A stretch of 36,358 nucleotides of DNA from a bacterium (GCA_030426285.1 JAUHYX010000003.1:1-36358), one strand, 5' to 3'; shown: positions 8,390-18,866, numbered from the stretch's first letter. Numbers and translations: made by a program. Notes: generated from the letters alone by a model not told the origin.

Positions 8390-10324
8390 ATGGAAGATCA
8401 GAAGCCACAACCAGAAGAAAGACCTCAAGAAGAACAGCAATCTGCGTCTGCGACACCAAAACGCAGCACATTGCCACCCCAACCAGCCAAGAGGCAAGGT
8501 GGGAAAAAACGAAGAAGACAGAAATCCAGCGGCGGCAATGTTCTCGTGCCTATTCTCATCGGCTTTGGCATTGCTGGTGTAGTTGTGATTGGACTGATTT
8601 TCTTCAGTTTGTCGATGTTCACGCTCCCTACAACCCCGGAAGTTTCGGTTCCAAACCAAGCAATTCTGCGTCTCAAGCACAGTGGCGAAGTGATGGAACG
8701 AGCCAACAGTGAGTCGTTGCAGCTATTTGGAATGAAACGCACGCCGGACTTCCGGAACGTTTTGCAGACTATTGAAGAAGCGGCGACGGACGACCGAATC
8801 AAAGGGATCTACTACAAAAGCGGTGATATTATCGCCGGTTACAACAAGGCCAAAGCTATTCACCAAGCTCTTGTGAATTTTCGCAACTCCGGCAAGTTTG
8901 TGTATGCGTTTATTGAAACGGGCTCTGAAACAGACATTCTCATTGCAAGCGCGGCTGACAGTGTTTTCATGCCGGTGGAAGGAATTGCAGAATTCAATGG
9001 TTTCGGGGCGTTTAACACATACTTCAAAGGCACACTTGGCGAACTCGGCGTTAAATTTCATGTTGAGCAGTTTGAACAATTCAAGAGTGCCGGCGAACAG
9101 TATTCTCGTGAATCGTTTTCCCAGCCGGCTCGCGAGCAGTTGACAGCAATTCTCGAACAGCGAACCGAAGATTATGTAACAACAATTGCGAATAGCCGTG
9201 GTTTGAATCATCACGAGCTGCGTGAAAGACTTTCCGAAGGCGTCTATACAGCCGATGAGTTTATGAAAGCTGGTTTGGTTGATCGCAACACAAGCTCGCA
9301 GTATATCAAAGAGGTACTTGGCGACACAACGTCGGTCAAACAAGTATCACTCAAGAATCTCTTCAATTCTTATGCGTTCACCTCGGATAGAGGCAAACGT
9401 GCAATTGCGCTTATTAACACAAGTGGCCCAATTGTTTCCGGCAAGGAAAGTAAGGGGCTGTTCGGCGGTTCAAATCAGATTTATTCTGGTGATGTTGTGC
9501 AGTGGATTCGCGATGCGGCCGAAGATGATGCAGTCGAAGCGATTGTATTGCGTATTGATTCTCCAGGTGGTTCGGTGATTGCCTCAGAAGAGATGTACCA
9601 AGAAATCGTCAAAGCGCGCAAGCAGAAACCAGTGTATGCTTCGATGAGTGATGTTGCGGCTAGTGGTGGGTACTACATGGCCATGGGCTGTGATAGCATT
9701 TTCGCCCTGCCAACAACAATCACCGGTTCGATTGGCGTAGTGCTCGCCATTCCCAATCTTTCAGGGATGATGAATAAGATTCATGCTGATGTTGATACGA
9801 TCTCAGTGACAAAAAACGCATTTTTCATGAATCCAATGATGCCGTTTACAGAGGCCGACAAACAGCGCCTACACAAAACCTCGGAAGCTATTTACTTTCG
9901 CTTTCTCGACAAAGTTGCTGCAGCGCGCGGTATGACGCGAGAAGAAGTTCGCGCGATAGCGGGTGGACGTGTTTGGACAGGTTCAGATGCCTTGTCTCAC
10001 GGCCTTATAGATGGCCTTGCTTCGCTGCATGATGTGCTCGCCATTGTGAAAGCAAACCTCAATGAAACTGACGAAAACCCAATCGCAGTTCGCGTGTTTC
10101 CACGCCCAGAACCAACCAATTTTTTGACGCTGCTTGAGTCTTTGGACCAAGAAGAGATGCAGGTTGCCACAGATATGAGCAAGGCATCTCTCATGCGCGA
10201 GGCAATGATGGAGATGCTTCCTGCCGAAGTTGTGAATCAGCTGGACTACCAAATGCTCGTCGGAGATATCTGTAGCCGCGAGTTCGGAGCAGTGGCACTT
10301 CCGAGCCTATACACAATCAAATAA
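8390..10324 (+). CDS. sppA: Signal peptide peptidase SppA, 67K type (protease IV)
   Basis: N-terminal TM, tandem S49 domains; FKSAGE, LRIDSPGGS, DVAASGGYY, TITGSIGV, IAGGRVWTG. Confidence 0.95.
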   Translation: MEDQKPQPEERPQEEQQSASATPKRSTLPPQPAKRQGGKKRRRQKSSGGNVLVPILIGFGIAGVVVIGLIFFSLSMFTLPTTPEVSVPNQAILRLKHSGEVMERANSESLQLFGMKRTPDFRNVLQTIEEAATDDRIKGIYYKSGDIIAGYNKAKAIHQALVNFRNSGKFVYAFIETGSETDILIASAADSVFMPVEGIAEFNGFGAFNTYFKGTLGELGVKFHVEQFEQFKSAGEQYSRESFSQPAREQLTAILEQRTEDYVTTIANSRGLNHHELRERLSEGVYTADEFMKAGLVDRNTSSQYIKEVLGDTTSVKQVSLKNLFNSYAFTSDRGKRAIALINTSGPIVSGKESKGLFGGSNQIYSGDVVQWIRDAAEDDAVEAIVLRIDSPGGSVIASEEMYQEIVKARKQKPVYASMSDVAASGGYYMAMGCDSIFALPTTITGSIGVVLAIPNLSGMMNKIHADVDTISVTKNAFFMNPMMPFTEADKQRLHKTSEAIYFRFLDKVAAARGMTREEVRAIAGGRVWTGSDALSHGLIDGLASLHDVLAIVKANLNETDENPIAVRVFPRPEPTNFLTLLESLDQEEMQVATDMSKASLMREAMMEMLPAEVVNQLDYQMLVGDICSREFGAVALPSLYTIK

Positions 10325-10367
10325 CTGCGATTCGCTTTCAAGGCGAACATACAATCAGAGCGAACAT

Positions 10368-10399
10368 AAAAAAAGGGCCTCAATTTTGGGGCCCTTTTT
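10368..10399. terminator. Bidirectional intrinsic terminator between convergent sppA and purF
   Basis: AAAAAAA-GGGCCTC-AATTTT-GGGGCCC-TTTTT. Confidence 0.85.
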
Positions 10400-10403
10400 C
10401 ATT

Positions 10404-11927
10404 CTAATCTTCTTCGTCTTCGTCTTCTTCCACTAGCTTGGCTACTGAGAGATCAATTGGAATCGGATACTCTCCGGTAAAGCAGGCTGTACAATATCCA
10501 ATCCCCTTTTCTTGTGGCACAGAGTCCATGAGATTGTCTACGCTCATGTACGCTACTGAGTCAGCGCCTATCTTATCGGCAATCTTTTGTGGATCACTGT
10601 CGCAGTGATTGGCAATCAATTCCTCGCGACTCGGGAAATCCATGCCGTACTTACATGGGTGTGTAATTGGCGGCGAGGAAATGCGCATATGCACTTCGGT
10701 TGGTTGTGATTGCTTCACAAGTGAGATCAGGTTTTTCGAGGTTGTGCCGCGTACAATTGAATCGTCAACCAACACAATCTTTCGACCTTCGATAACGCCA
10801 CGCACGGTGTTAAATTTTGTTTTCACCTTGAATTCGCGGCTGTCTTGCGCCGGGGCGATAAAGGTACGTCCAACATAATGGCTGCGTATCAGTCCCAGTT
10901 CATATTTCATTGGAACATCTTCTTTAGCAGCCTGCTGCGAGTACCCAAGGGCTGCAGTGTTTGCACTATCTGGCACAGGTATTGTCACAACCTTGTCGCC
11001 CGTTTCTGGATCTGGGTACACGGGGTGTTCGTCCATCAAGTTCTTCCCTAACCTGCGTCGGACTTTATCAACACTGTGTCCAAAAATGTGTGAATCTGGA
11101 CGTGAGAAGTAGATGTACTCAAAAATGCAGTGCTTTGCTTCAGGCGTCTCTTCGTCTATCGTTGTCGACAACAAGTCTGCTTCTGTGCCGGTTGTGCCCT
11201 GAATCTTGAGAATCTCGTTGTGACGTATGTCGCGTACATACTCAAATCCGCACATGTCGAATGCACATGTTTCAGAAGCTGCCATCCATGCCCACGATCC
11301 GTCTTCGTTTTGTTTGCGTCCCAAAGCAAGTGGTCTGATACCATGTGGATCTCGCGCTGCATACAAGGCTTCATCAGTTGAAATAACCAACGAGTACGCG
11401 CCGCGCGCAATGCGCATGGCTTCTCGTATTTGCAATTCTTGTGTGGTTTCCTTGCTCAAAGCAATAAGATGCAAGAACAGTTCTGAATCTGTTGTTGTTG
11501 CAAAAATTGCGCCGCGTTTGTGCAGCTCTTCTCGCAATGCCCTAGTGTTCGTGAGGTTGCCATTGTGAGCAAGACCAATCGATCCCATGTGATAGCGGAT
11601 CAGAAAAGGTTGAATATTGGTCGACTTTTTCGCTCCACCCGTGGTAGAGTAGCGATTGTGTCCAATTGCTCTACTTCCTCTCAGGTGTTTGGTGAGAACC
11701 GCACCGTCAAAAATATCGAGAACTAAACCTTCAGATTTGTGTGCGCGGTAACGCCACTTGTTGTTCTCATCGTCGTAACGCGCTGCTACGATGCCTGCTG
11801 CTTCCTGCCCTCGATGCTGCAACGAATGCAAAGCATAATATGTCATCAGGGAAGCTTGGGGATGGTTAAAAACGCCAACGACACCACAATTACATTGGGG
11901 TTTGTCGAGTTCTGCAGGAAGTGCCAT
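10404..11927 (-). CDS. purF: Amidophosphoribosyltransferase (propeptide-containing, Fe-S type)
   Basis: CGVVG Ntn nucleophile after a short propeptide, LQHRGQE, GHNRYST, HNGNL, CIFEYIYFSRPDS, VDDSIVRGTT, PCKYG and YCTAC cluster cysteines. Confidence 0.97.
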   Translation of the reverse strand: MALPAELDKPQCNCGVVGVFNHPQASLMTYYALHSLQHRGQEAAGIVAARYDDENNKWRYRAHKSEGLVLDIFDGAVLTKHLRGSRAIGHNRYSTTGGAKKSTNIQPFLIRYHMGSIGLAHNGNLTNTRALREELHKRGAIFATTTDSELFLHLIALSKETTQELQIREAMRIARGAYSLVISTDEALYAARDPHGIRPLALGRKQNEDGSWAWMAASETCAFDMCGFEYVRDIRHNEILKIQGTTGTEADLLSTTIDEETPEAKHCIFEYIYFSRPDSHIFGHSVDKVRRRLGKNLMDEHPVYPDPETGDKVVTIPVPDSANTAALGYSQQAAKEDVPMKYELGLIRSHYVGRTFIAPAQDSREFKVKTKFNTVRGVIEGRKIVLVDDSIVRGTTSKNLISLVKQSQPTEVHMRISSPPITHPCKYGMDFPSREELIANHCDSDPQKIADKIGADSVAYMSVDNLMDSVPQEKGIGYCTACFTGEYPIPIDLSVAKLVEEDEDEED

Positions 11928-12016
11928 GCCAGATTCCGATTGGTGGGGTAAAAATCGAATACAAATATACGAAGGAAACCGCGCCTTGAGAAAAACTCAG
12001 TTGTTATGCTGCGTTT

Positions 12017-13144
12017 TTAGGTAATCTTCTTATCGTAAATCCGGTACGTTTTGTCGAGCTCCGTCTGCATGGCTTTTTGCAAGGCAAGCACCATACCGGC
12101 ATTGTCTTCAAGAATCCAACTTGCTTCGCCGCGTACAATCGGTGTATTCTGAATGCGCAGACCGATTTCGTGATACATGACAGCATCCACGCCTGTGCGT
12201 TGGTATTCAGGCAACACTCCGAGAATCACAATTCTCACCGAATCAATTTTTTTGCGCTTTGTCAACAAGTGGTAAACCCCACCCAACAAACCACCTTTCT
12301 TGTTGTGAATCAGGCATTGGTTGATGTCTGGAAGTGCCAGAATAAACCCGGCGACCTTGCCTTCTACTTCTACGAAATACACAAAACGAGGATCTGCAAT
12401 TGGTTTGAGGTCTGCTGCCACGTAGTCAAACTCTTCATCAGTCATCTTCACAAAACCCCAATTCGGCTGCCAGGCTGTGTTGTAAATTTCCTTAAGAGTT
12501 GTGATGTCCTTCTTGTACTGCTGCTTGTTTTTGAAATCAACATTGCGAATTGTTACCCCGTAACGTTCGCAAATTGCATCGCGTAAGCGGTTGAGTTTGT
12601 CGGATTGATACTTGTCGCGATCGAGTCGAAATGCATACAAGTCCTTGGCCTTCTCAAATCCAAACTTCTCAATCAGATCTGCATAATACTCGGGGTTGTA
12701 CGTCATCAGGATTTGCGGCTTTTTGTCGAATCCGTCTACAAGCAATCCACACTCGTCGTTGAGCGACGGATTTACCGGACCGCGAACGGTGTCCATGCCT
12801 CGGTCTTTGAGCCATGCAGATGCAGCTTCGAACAGTGCATTTGCTGTGTCCTGAGAATTTTCGCATTCAAAGAAGCCGAAAAAGCCCACCTTGTCGTTGT
12901 GAGCTTTATTGTGGTTTTCATTTGTGATGGCAGCAATACGCCCGACAACTGTGCCGTCCCGTTCAGCCAAAAACAGCTGCATTTCTGCATGTTTGAAAAA
13001 CGGATTGCCCTTGGTGTTGAGCAATTTTTTGCGATCCATGATCATTGGTGGAACCCAATTCGGGTGGTTTTGGTAGAAGTTCCACTGACACTTAATGAAC
13101 TTCAAAACTTCGTTCTGTCCGATAGGTCTTACAGTTGTGCTCAT
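12017..13144 (-). CDS. Tandem GNAT-fold N-acetyltransferase-like protein (YghO-like)
   Basis: VVGRIAA, GFFGFFEC, MTYNPEYY, NWGFV, LGVLPEYQRTG (acetyl-CoA motif), EASWILEDN. Confidence 0.8.
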   Translation of the reverse strand: MSTTVRPIGQNEVLKFIKCQWNFYQNHPNWVPPMIMDRKKLLNTKGNPFFKHAEMQLFLAERDGTVVGRIAAITNENHNKAHNDKVGFFGFFECENSQDTANALFEAASAWLKDRGMDTVRGPVNPSLNDECGLLVDGFDKKPQILMTYNPEYYADLIEKFGFEKAKDLYAFRLDRDKYQSDKLNRLRDAICERYGVTIRNVDFKNKQQYKKDITTLKEIYNTAWQPNWGFVKMTDEEFDYVAADLKPIADPRFVYFVEVEGKVAGFILALPDINQCLIHNKKGGLLGGVYHLLTKRKKIDSVRIVILGVLPEYQRTGVDAVMYHEIGLRIQNTPIVRGEASWILEDNAGMVLALQKAMQTELDKTYRIYDKKIT

Positions 13145-13202
13145 AGATTCAACTTGTGTATTGCTGTGATTGGTTGCGTTGTAATGCCGTGAATATAATC
13201 AA

Positions 13203-13667
13203 TTACGCAGTGACTTGTTCGTACGAGGGCAAAGCTTCGGCCATGACGCTCTTGCCTGACTGAAGATCAACCTTCCAGCAATAAAAGCCTTTGCCATTGG
13301 TGACAATCAGCCACGGAGCTTGCAAAGGGATGTTGTATTCAGACACTTGATTGGCCACGTTTTGAGAGAGTGAGACCTCTGGACGCTTGCATTCGACAAC
13401 AAGGCATGGCGACAGATGAGCATCATATACCACAATGTCCGCACGGCGTTTGCGCCGAAATACGGTGAGATCGGCTTCAATGTTCATGCGTCCCTGCGGA
13501 TACTGCAATTCTTCAACTAGGTATCGCACAATGTTCTGCCGCACCCATTCTTCGGGTGTGAGAACCACATATTTTCCGCGCACGGGGTCGTACACTTCGA
13601 CCTGCTCACCAACAGTTTTGGTTGTGAATTGATCAATGGGATACAACAACGGCTCAAAATTCTTCAC
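13203..13667 (-). CDS. Stand-alone type I restriction enzyme HsdR N-terminal (HSDR_N_2) domain protein
   Basis: DPVRGKYVVLTPEEWVRQ, RADIVVY, VECK (PD-(D/E)xK), QVSEYN, VTNG. Confidence 0.88.
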   Translation of the reverse strand: MKNFEPLLYPIDQFTTKTVGEQVEVYDPVRGKYVVLTPEEWVRQNIVRYLVEELQYPQGRMNIEADLTVFRRKRRADIVVYDAHLSPCLVVECKRPEVSLSQNVANQVSEYNIPLQAPWLIVTNGKGFYCWKVDLQSGKSVMAEALPSYEQVTA

Positions 13668-14212
13668 GTAGCATGCTCACCGATGTTGATCGTTTTGTCG
13701 TTCAAACTGACGGCATTTTTAGCATTGATGTAGTCGCGCACACCTTGCTCACCTTTGGATTCACTCCATGTTGTCAGCGTTTCTCGCTCACCCTGAAATG
13801 CGTACAGCGGCACGCCGAAACCACAGGAGGTCTGCACCAATTCTACATCGAGAAAAAAGTACTGTCGAGCACCGGTTCCTCCAGGTAGATGCTCTGTGCA
13901 CGCTTGCCACTGATCATCGCCTGGCAACACCTCACGCGCCTCTCCATATATTCTGAGTATGAGTGGCTTTTCGTCAAACGAACACATCATTATTGTCATG
14001 CGCTTGTTGCGCTGCACATGTGCGGCCGACTCATTGCCGCTGCCCGTGTAGTTGAGCCACAGCACAGTTGAATCATCCAAGATTCTTAGGGAATCCAATC
14101 CTTTGGGCGAGAGATTCACGTAACCGTCTACATCGGCTGTCGCCACAAAAAACATGTGCTGCTTGCCGATAAACTCTATGTGTGAGTCCAGAAGTTTTGG
14201 GTGCTTTGCCAT
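13664..14212 (-). CDS. Pyridoxamine 5'-phosphate oxidase family (FMN-binding split barrel) protein
   Basis: FFVATA, NLSPKG, TGSGNESAAH, RMTIMMCSF, VQTSCGFGVP. Confidence 0.88.
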   Translation of the reverse strand: MAKHPKLLDSHIEFIGKQHMFFVATADVDGYVNLSPKGLDSLRILDDSTVLWLNYTGSGNESAAHVQRNKRMTIMMCSFDEKPLILRIYGEAREVLPGDDQWQACTEHLPGGTGARQYFFLDVELVQTSCGFGVPLYAFQGERETLTTWSESKGEQGVRDYINAKNAVSLNDKTINIGEHAT

Positions 14213-14344
14213 GCTGCAATATACGCAATGCAGCAAGTGAAAGAATAGGACAAGTCGTGCAAAATTTTCTATTTTTCTTCAACAACAGCCTAGTGTCATG
14301 CTGGTGCAAACGTCTTTCTCTCACAAAGCACAAGGATTCCTATT

Positions 14345-15076
14345 GTGAAGCCAAAACGAACACTCGCGGCAATTTTGCTGATGTCCGCAGGATTAGTAGT
14401 CTCCTGCAGTCAAAACGAAGAACCCGCTCCAGAGCCTGAAACAACAGCACATTCTCACGACCATGGAGACCATTCCCACGATCACAGCGATCACGAACAT
14501 TCCCATGATCATGCTGCCGTACGCGAAACTTTTTCCATCGAAAATTTGGTGGAAGAAGTCAAGACAGTGCCGGACTCGATCATTGATTACCTGCACGCGC
14601 AGCACCACAACCACAAGGTGCTTGAACGCCGTACGGTGCCTGCTGGGTACGAGACAAAAAATCTTGAACATTGGAAAGACTATGCTGCTCAGGTCGAAGA
14701 TTTGCCGACTATCAATCCTGGACCAGGTGAGTATGTGCATGTGATGGAAGGCTACAAAAATGGCTATCAGAACTTGGTGATTGGAATAACCGAAACATTC
14801 CCAGGTGGTGCACCTCCAATGCACACGCACAAGGGCGAAGAGTCGCATGTGTTACTCGAAGGTGAGATACTGTATGCCCTCGGCGACACGGTGTTTACTA
14901 TCTCGGCTCCATACATTGTGAACATCCCCCCAATGGTGCCGCATGCTTTCAAGAATATTGGTGACAAAACAGCCAATTTGGTGGTCATTTTCCCAACGAA
15001 TGTTTGGGAATATGATGTGCTCGACTATTTCCCATTTGAGGGGTATGACGAGAAAGGAAACAAAATTGAAGAATAA
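14345..15076 (+). CDS. Cupin-domain lipoprotein with a His-rich linker
   Basis: Lipobox LVVSC; HSHDHGDHSHDHSDHEHSHDH; cupin motif 1 PMHTHKGEESHVLLEG and motif 2 IPPMVPHAFKN. Confidence 0.82.
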   Translation: MKPKRTLAAILLMSAGLVVSCSQNEEPAPEPETTAHSHDHGDHSHDHSDHEHSHDHAAVRETFSIENLVEEVKTVPDSIIDYLHAQHHNHKVLERRTVPAGYETKNLEHWKDYAAQVEDLPTINPGPGEYVHVMEGYKNGYQNLVIGITETFPGGAPPMHTHKGEESHVLLEGEILYALGDTVFTISAPYIVNIPPMVPHAFKNIGDKTANLVVIFPTNVWEYDVLDYFPFEGYDEKGNKIEE

Positions 15077-15101
15077 GTGTACTCGCACACACAGGTCTAA
15101 C

Positions 15102-15132
15102 AAAAAAGCCCGGAGTATTGTCCGGGCTTTTT
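15102..15132. terminator. Bidirectional intrinsic terminator
   Basis: AAAAAA-GCCCGGA-GTATTG-TCCGGGC-TTTTT between convergent genes. Confidence 0.88.
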
Positions 15133-15154
15133 GTATCTACACTCTGTTTTCAGT

Positions 15155-16033
15155 TTAGTTTGTAGGCAACGAGATCAGTGTTCCTGTTCCTTCGCCCAAC
15201 ATCGTGGTTGGGTAAATGCCATTCCACTTCTGAACTGAGTTGTATTTGATCAGATTCGGAGTCACTGATCGCGATAGCAGCTTGTTGGCCTGAGCTTGGG
15301 CTTCTGCCAGCGCTTTGATTTCATAGGCTTCGGCATCGGCGAGTGTCACTCGTGCTTTTGCATCAGAAACAGCTGCCTTCTCACGTGCTTCTGCTTCTTT
15401 CACTTGTTGCTGGGCCTGCTGCTCAACAATCATCAACTGCGCCTTTTCGCGCTCCAACTGTTCTTGTCGTTCCTTAGTCTGAATAACTGCTTTTGTCACG
15501 ACAGTTGGCAATGTGATATCGCGGAACAGAACAGCTTCAACAATCACGCCTTTCTCATTGAGATATGATGTCAAGCCTTGCTCCATGTATACCTGTAGCT
15601 CGTGTTGAACACTGTCGAGATAAAAGTCTTGCGACTTCTCAACGGTCTTGCCAGCTTCGCGCAGCAACGAGCGCACTTTGGGCGTTACGTGCTTTGCAAT
15701 CACATCGTACAGTGTGCCGGTTTCCTGGTAAATGATCGGGGTGCGCTGCCCATCCAAGCGAAATGTCACCGATACATCCATGGATGTTTTGAGTTTGTCT
15801 TGCGACGGGACTTCAACCTTTTCCCATGTTTCGGTGATCTGACGGACATCAAACACCTCAAAATCCAACATCGGATTCACAATGTGAAAACCTTCACCGA
15901 GTGGTTCAGACTGAACACTTCCGAACAGTGTAGCAACTTTTGTGTGACCAGACTCAACCGTGGTATAAGAATTGATTAGAACGAGAAAAACAAGCAACCC
16001 AACAAGCGATTGAACTATGTAGCGTTTCTTCAT
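15155..16033 (-). CDS. SPFH/band 7 (prohibitin-like) membrane protein
   Basis: N-terminal TM, LGEGFHIVNP, VPSQDKL, VLFRDITLP, Ala/Glu-rich coiled coil, QKWNG. Confidence 0.9.
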   Translation of the reverse strand: MKKRYIVQSLVGLLVFLVLINSYTTVESGHTKVATLFGSVQSEPLGEGFHIVNPMLDFEVFDVRQITETWEKVEVPSQDKLKTSMDVSVTFRLDGQRTPIIYQETGTLYDVIAKHVTPKVRSLLREAGKTVEKSQDFYLDSVQHELQVYMEQGLTSYLNEKGVIVEAVLFRDITLPTVVTKAVIQTKERQEQLEREKAQLMIVEQQAQQQVKEAEAREKAAVSDAKARVTLADAEAYEIKALAEAQAQANKLLSRSVTPNLIKYNSVQKWNGIYPTTMLGEGTGTLISLPTN

Positions 16034-16157
16034 TAGAGCCTCTCAAAAATGTGGAAGGAATATGTAGAAAGTGCAGCTGCACATGTCCTACATACTATAC
16101 TAGTACTGGCTTTCAGGACGTTTGTTTCAACAACCGTGCACTGAATTCACCGAAAAC

Positions 16158-16185
16158 AAAAAAGGCGCAGATTGCTCTGCGCCTT
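16158..16185 (-). terminator. Intrinsic terminator downstream of hppD
   Basis: AAAAAA-GGCGCAGA-TTGC-TCTGCGCC-TT on + strand, giving a U-tail on the - strand. Confidence 0.8.
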
Positions 16186-16214
16186 GTACTAAGCTTTCAC
16201 ATTTTTCTTTTCGA

Positions 16215-17369
16215 CTAGAGCGTGCCGCGGCGAGCCTGCTCTGCTTCGATAGATTCGAACAACGCTTTGAAATTGCCCTTCCCAAATGATTGGGCTCCCT
16301 TGCGCTGGATGATTTCGAAGAACAGTGTTGGACGGTCTTCAAGTGGTTTGGTGAAGATCTGCAACAAATACCCTTCTTCATCGCGGTCAACGAGAATTCC
16401 GAGCTCTTTGAGTTTGAGAATGTCTTCGTCAATCTCACCACAACGGTCGAGCACAGTGTCGTAGTATTCACCTGGTACATACAAAAATTCGATTCCGTGA
16501 TCGCGCATCTGCGTCACTGTTTCCATAATGTCGTCAGTGGCAACTGCAACGTGTTGACAGCCTGCGCCGCCATAGAAGTCTAAATACTCTTCAATCTGTG
16601 ACTTCTTGATTCCCTCTGCTGGCTCATTGATCGGGAACTTGATACGACCATTGCCATTGGTCATCACCTTTGACATCAATGCCGTGTATGTAGTTGAAAT
16701 GTCTTTGTCATCAAATGTGATGAGATTCTGGAAGCCCATAACCTTGTTGTAGAATTCGGCCCACACATTCATTTCGTCCCAACCTACATTGCCTACCATG
16801 TGGTCGATATACTTAAGACCCATTTCTGGTGGGTTGTACTCGCTCTTCCACTCACAGAAACCTGGCATGAACGTACCTTTGTAGTTCTTGCGCTCGATAA
16901 ACATGTGCACGGTATCGCCATACGTGTGAATACCGGCTTTTACAACTTTGCCGTGCTCATCTTCTTCAACAGTTGGCTCCATGTACGACTTTGCGCCGCG
17001 TTTCATCGTCTCTTCATACGACTTTGTAGCATCATCTACCCACAATGCTATCACGCGGATTCCGTCGCCGTGCTTCTTGATATGCTCAGCAATAACCCCG
17101 TCTTCTGTCAGGGGAGTCGTGAACATCAAGCGAATTTTGCCTTGCTGTACAACCCAAGAGGCGCGGTCCTTCACACCTGTTTCGAGTCCAGAGTAAGCAA
17201 GTGACTGAAAACCCATCGCAGTCTTGTAAAAGTGCGCAGCCTGCTTGGCATTGCCCACATAAAACTCAACATAATCAGTACCGTTCAATGGTAGAAAGTC
17301 GTCTGCGCCTTCAAAAATCTTTGGTATGGTATGAAATACATTTCCGTCCTGTACTGTTGCGTCGCTCAT
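16215..17369 (-). CDS. hppD: 4-hydroxyphenylpyruvate dioxygenase
   Basis: EFYVGNAKQAA, IDHMVGNV, KFPINEP, SQIEEYL, QHVA, LLQIFTKP, FFEIIQRKG, FGKGNFKALFESIE. Confidence 0.97.
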   Translation of the reverse strand: MSDATVQDGNVFHTIPKIFEGADDFLPLNGTDYVEFYVGNAKQAAHFYKTAMGFQSLAYSGLETGVKDRASWVVQQGKIRLMFTTPLTEDGVIAEHIKKHGDGIRVIALWVDDATKSYEETMKRGAKSYMEPTVEEDEHGKVVKAGIHTYGDTVHMFIERKNYKGTFMPGFCEWKSEYNPPEMGLKYIDHMVGNVGWDEMNVWAEFYNKVMGFQNLITFDDKDISTTYTALMSKVMTNGNGRIKFPINEPAEGIKKSQIEEYLDFYGGAGCQHVAVATDDIMETVTQMRDHGIEFLYVPGEYYDTVLDRCGEIDEDILKLKELGILVDRDEEGYLLQIFTKPLEDRPTLFFEIIQRKGAQSFGKGNFKALFESIEAEQARRGTL

Positions 17370-17591
17370 GACCGACTCCCGATATATGTTTGTAGTTTTT
17401 TTCGATTCGACAATTTCACGGTGAAGTGTGCAAAATTACGTTTTCCGCGCCTCATTTTCAAAAATGGAGGTATTTACGTTTTCGTAACGCCACCACCAGC
17501 AAATTGCCTTGAGTAGAACTGCCGCGTTGCTCCGAGCTGCGGTTGTTGATTAGGTTTGGCAGTGTCAAAAAATCTACTTACGGTGACTGCG

Positions 17592-18866
17592 ATGAACAAT
17601 CGATCAAACAAATTATTTGCGGTGTGCTGCGCACTGTGTATGTCTCTTTTTGTCAACTCTTGCTCAGACGACCCCGTAGGGCCTACGCCAACTGGGACCG
17701 TGATTGGAACGGTGGTCGACGGTACAACGCTTGAGCCGCTGTACGAAGCTTTCGTGTTTGTTCAGCCAAATGATATAGCACAAGCTCAATCCGATGCTCA
17801 AGGCGTGTTCGTTCTCAACGGTGTCGAAGTCGGCAACCACACGCTCACGGTGCAACGGGATCGGTATCAGGGCACTGAAACAACCGTTTCTGTAGCGGAA
17901 GGCGACACCACGTATGTTGAGGTTGAGCTATCGCGCCGTCCAACCACATCTGGCCTTGTGCGCGGTTTTGTGTATTCGGCATTCGATGGTGAACCCGAGC
18001 GCAATGCGGTGGTGGCATGGCTCGTAGATGGTGACTCTGTGTCTGCTGCTGTTACTGATCAGAGCGGTTTCTATGAATTGCCATTTGTTTCGGTGGGAGT
18101 TCAGAATTTTGGTGTCTTGTTACCTGAATTCAGACCAATTGTCGACAGTGCCGAAATTGTGGTTTCAGAGGCTGCAGATCTGAATTTCACCGCGTTCAAT
18201 GCCGGGCGTTTCAACAGAGCGTCAGACAGATTGTACGGGTACTACTCATTCCGCAACAACGGCGCAGACGATAGTTATGCGAATCGCGACATTTCAGCCA
18301 TGAAGAACTTGCAGTACACAACCGACAGGTTAGAGAGCGCCCACGATGCAGGGTTGTTTGACGGCACAGCATTTGCGGAATGTGCGACTGGAAGTGGTGA
18401 CTTTAATATGCTGCCTCTCTCGATATCGTTCTGGATTCAGACGTCGTCAACAGAACGACAGTGTCTGTTCTCAAAGTTCAAATCCACTGAAAACGTCGGG
18501 TTCAATGTGGGGATTGACAATGGACAATTGTTCGCACACTACAACTCAGACACGGCGCGCATGTTTGTAAGTGAGATCTCGGGTGGTACTGTTAATACCG
18601 GATCATGGCATCATGTGACTGCGACTTTTGATGTATCCAATGGCATCGCGCTGTGGTTGGACGGAACGCTTGTTGCAGAAAATATGTGGTCTGACACTGT
18701 GTCAAATGTGTCGGTAACTTCCGGACTTCCGCTTCAAATAGGACGTCCATCAGCAGGCGACAACTCTATGACAAATTTTGTAGGCGCGCTTGACGACATT
18801 CGCATGTACGGTCGAGCACTCAACGCATCACAAGTTCAGCTCTTGTACTCTGAGCGACTCCAATAG
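17592..18866 (+). CDS. Lipoprotein with carboxypeptidase-regulatory-like domains and a C-terminal LamG-like (concanavalin A) domain
   Basis: Lipobox-like FVNSC; GTVVDGTT...SDAQGVF and TDQSGFY beta-sandwich repeats; SISFWI, WHHVTATF, LWLDG, FVGALDDIRMYGRAL. Confidence 0.82.
   Translation: MNNRSNKLFAVCCALCMSLFVNSCSDDPVGPTPTGTVIGTVVDGTTLEPLYEAFVFVQPNDIAQAQSDAQGVFVLNGVEVGNHTLTVQRDRYQGTETTVSVAEGDTTYVEVELSRRPTTSGLVRGFVYSAFDGEPERNAVVAWLVDGDSVSAAVTDQSGFYELPFVSVGVQNFGVLLPEFRPIVDSAEIVVSEAADLNFTAFNAGRFNRASDRLYGYYSFRNNGADDSYANRDISAMKNLQYTTDRLESAHDAGLFDGTAFAECATGSGDFNMLPLSISFWIQTSSTERQCLFSKFKSTENVGFNVGIDNGQLFAHYNSDTARMFVSEISGGTVNTGSWHHVTATFDVSNGIALWLDGTLVAENMWSDTVSNVSVTSGLPLQIGRPSAGDNSMTNFVGALDDIRMYGRALNASQVQLLYSERLQ

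Noticed and set aside
11886-11927. Unusual PurF processing site (QCN|CG instead of EE|CG)
   Set aside because: The nucleophilic Cys and all other motifs are intact, so this is likely ordinary lineage variation.
13203-13667. Type I restriction-modification system
   Set aside because: Only a 154-aa HsdR-N domain, with no helicase, hsdM or hsdS nearby; stand-alone copies are common in FCB genomes.
16215-17369. hppD as part of a pigment or secondary metabolite cluster
   Set aside because: Monocistronic with its own terminator and no supporting neighbours; other tyrosine catabolism genes may be elsewhere.
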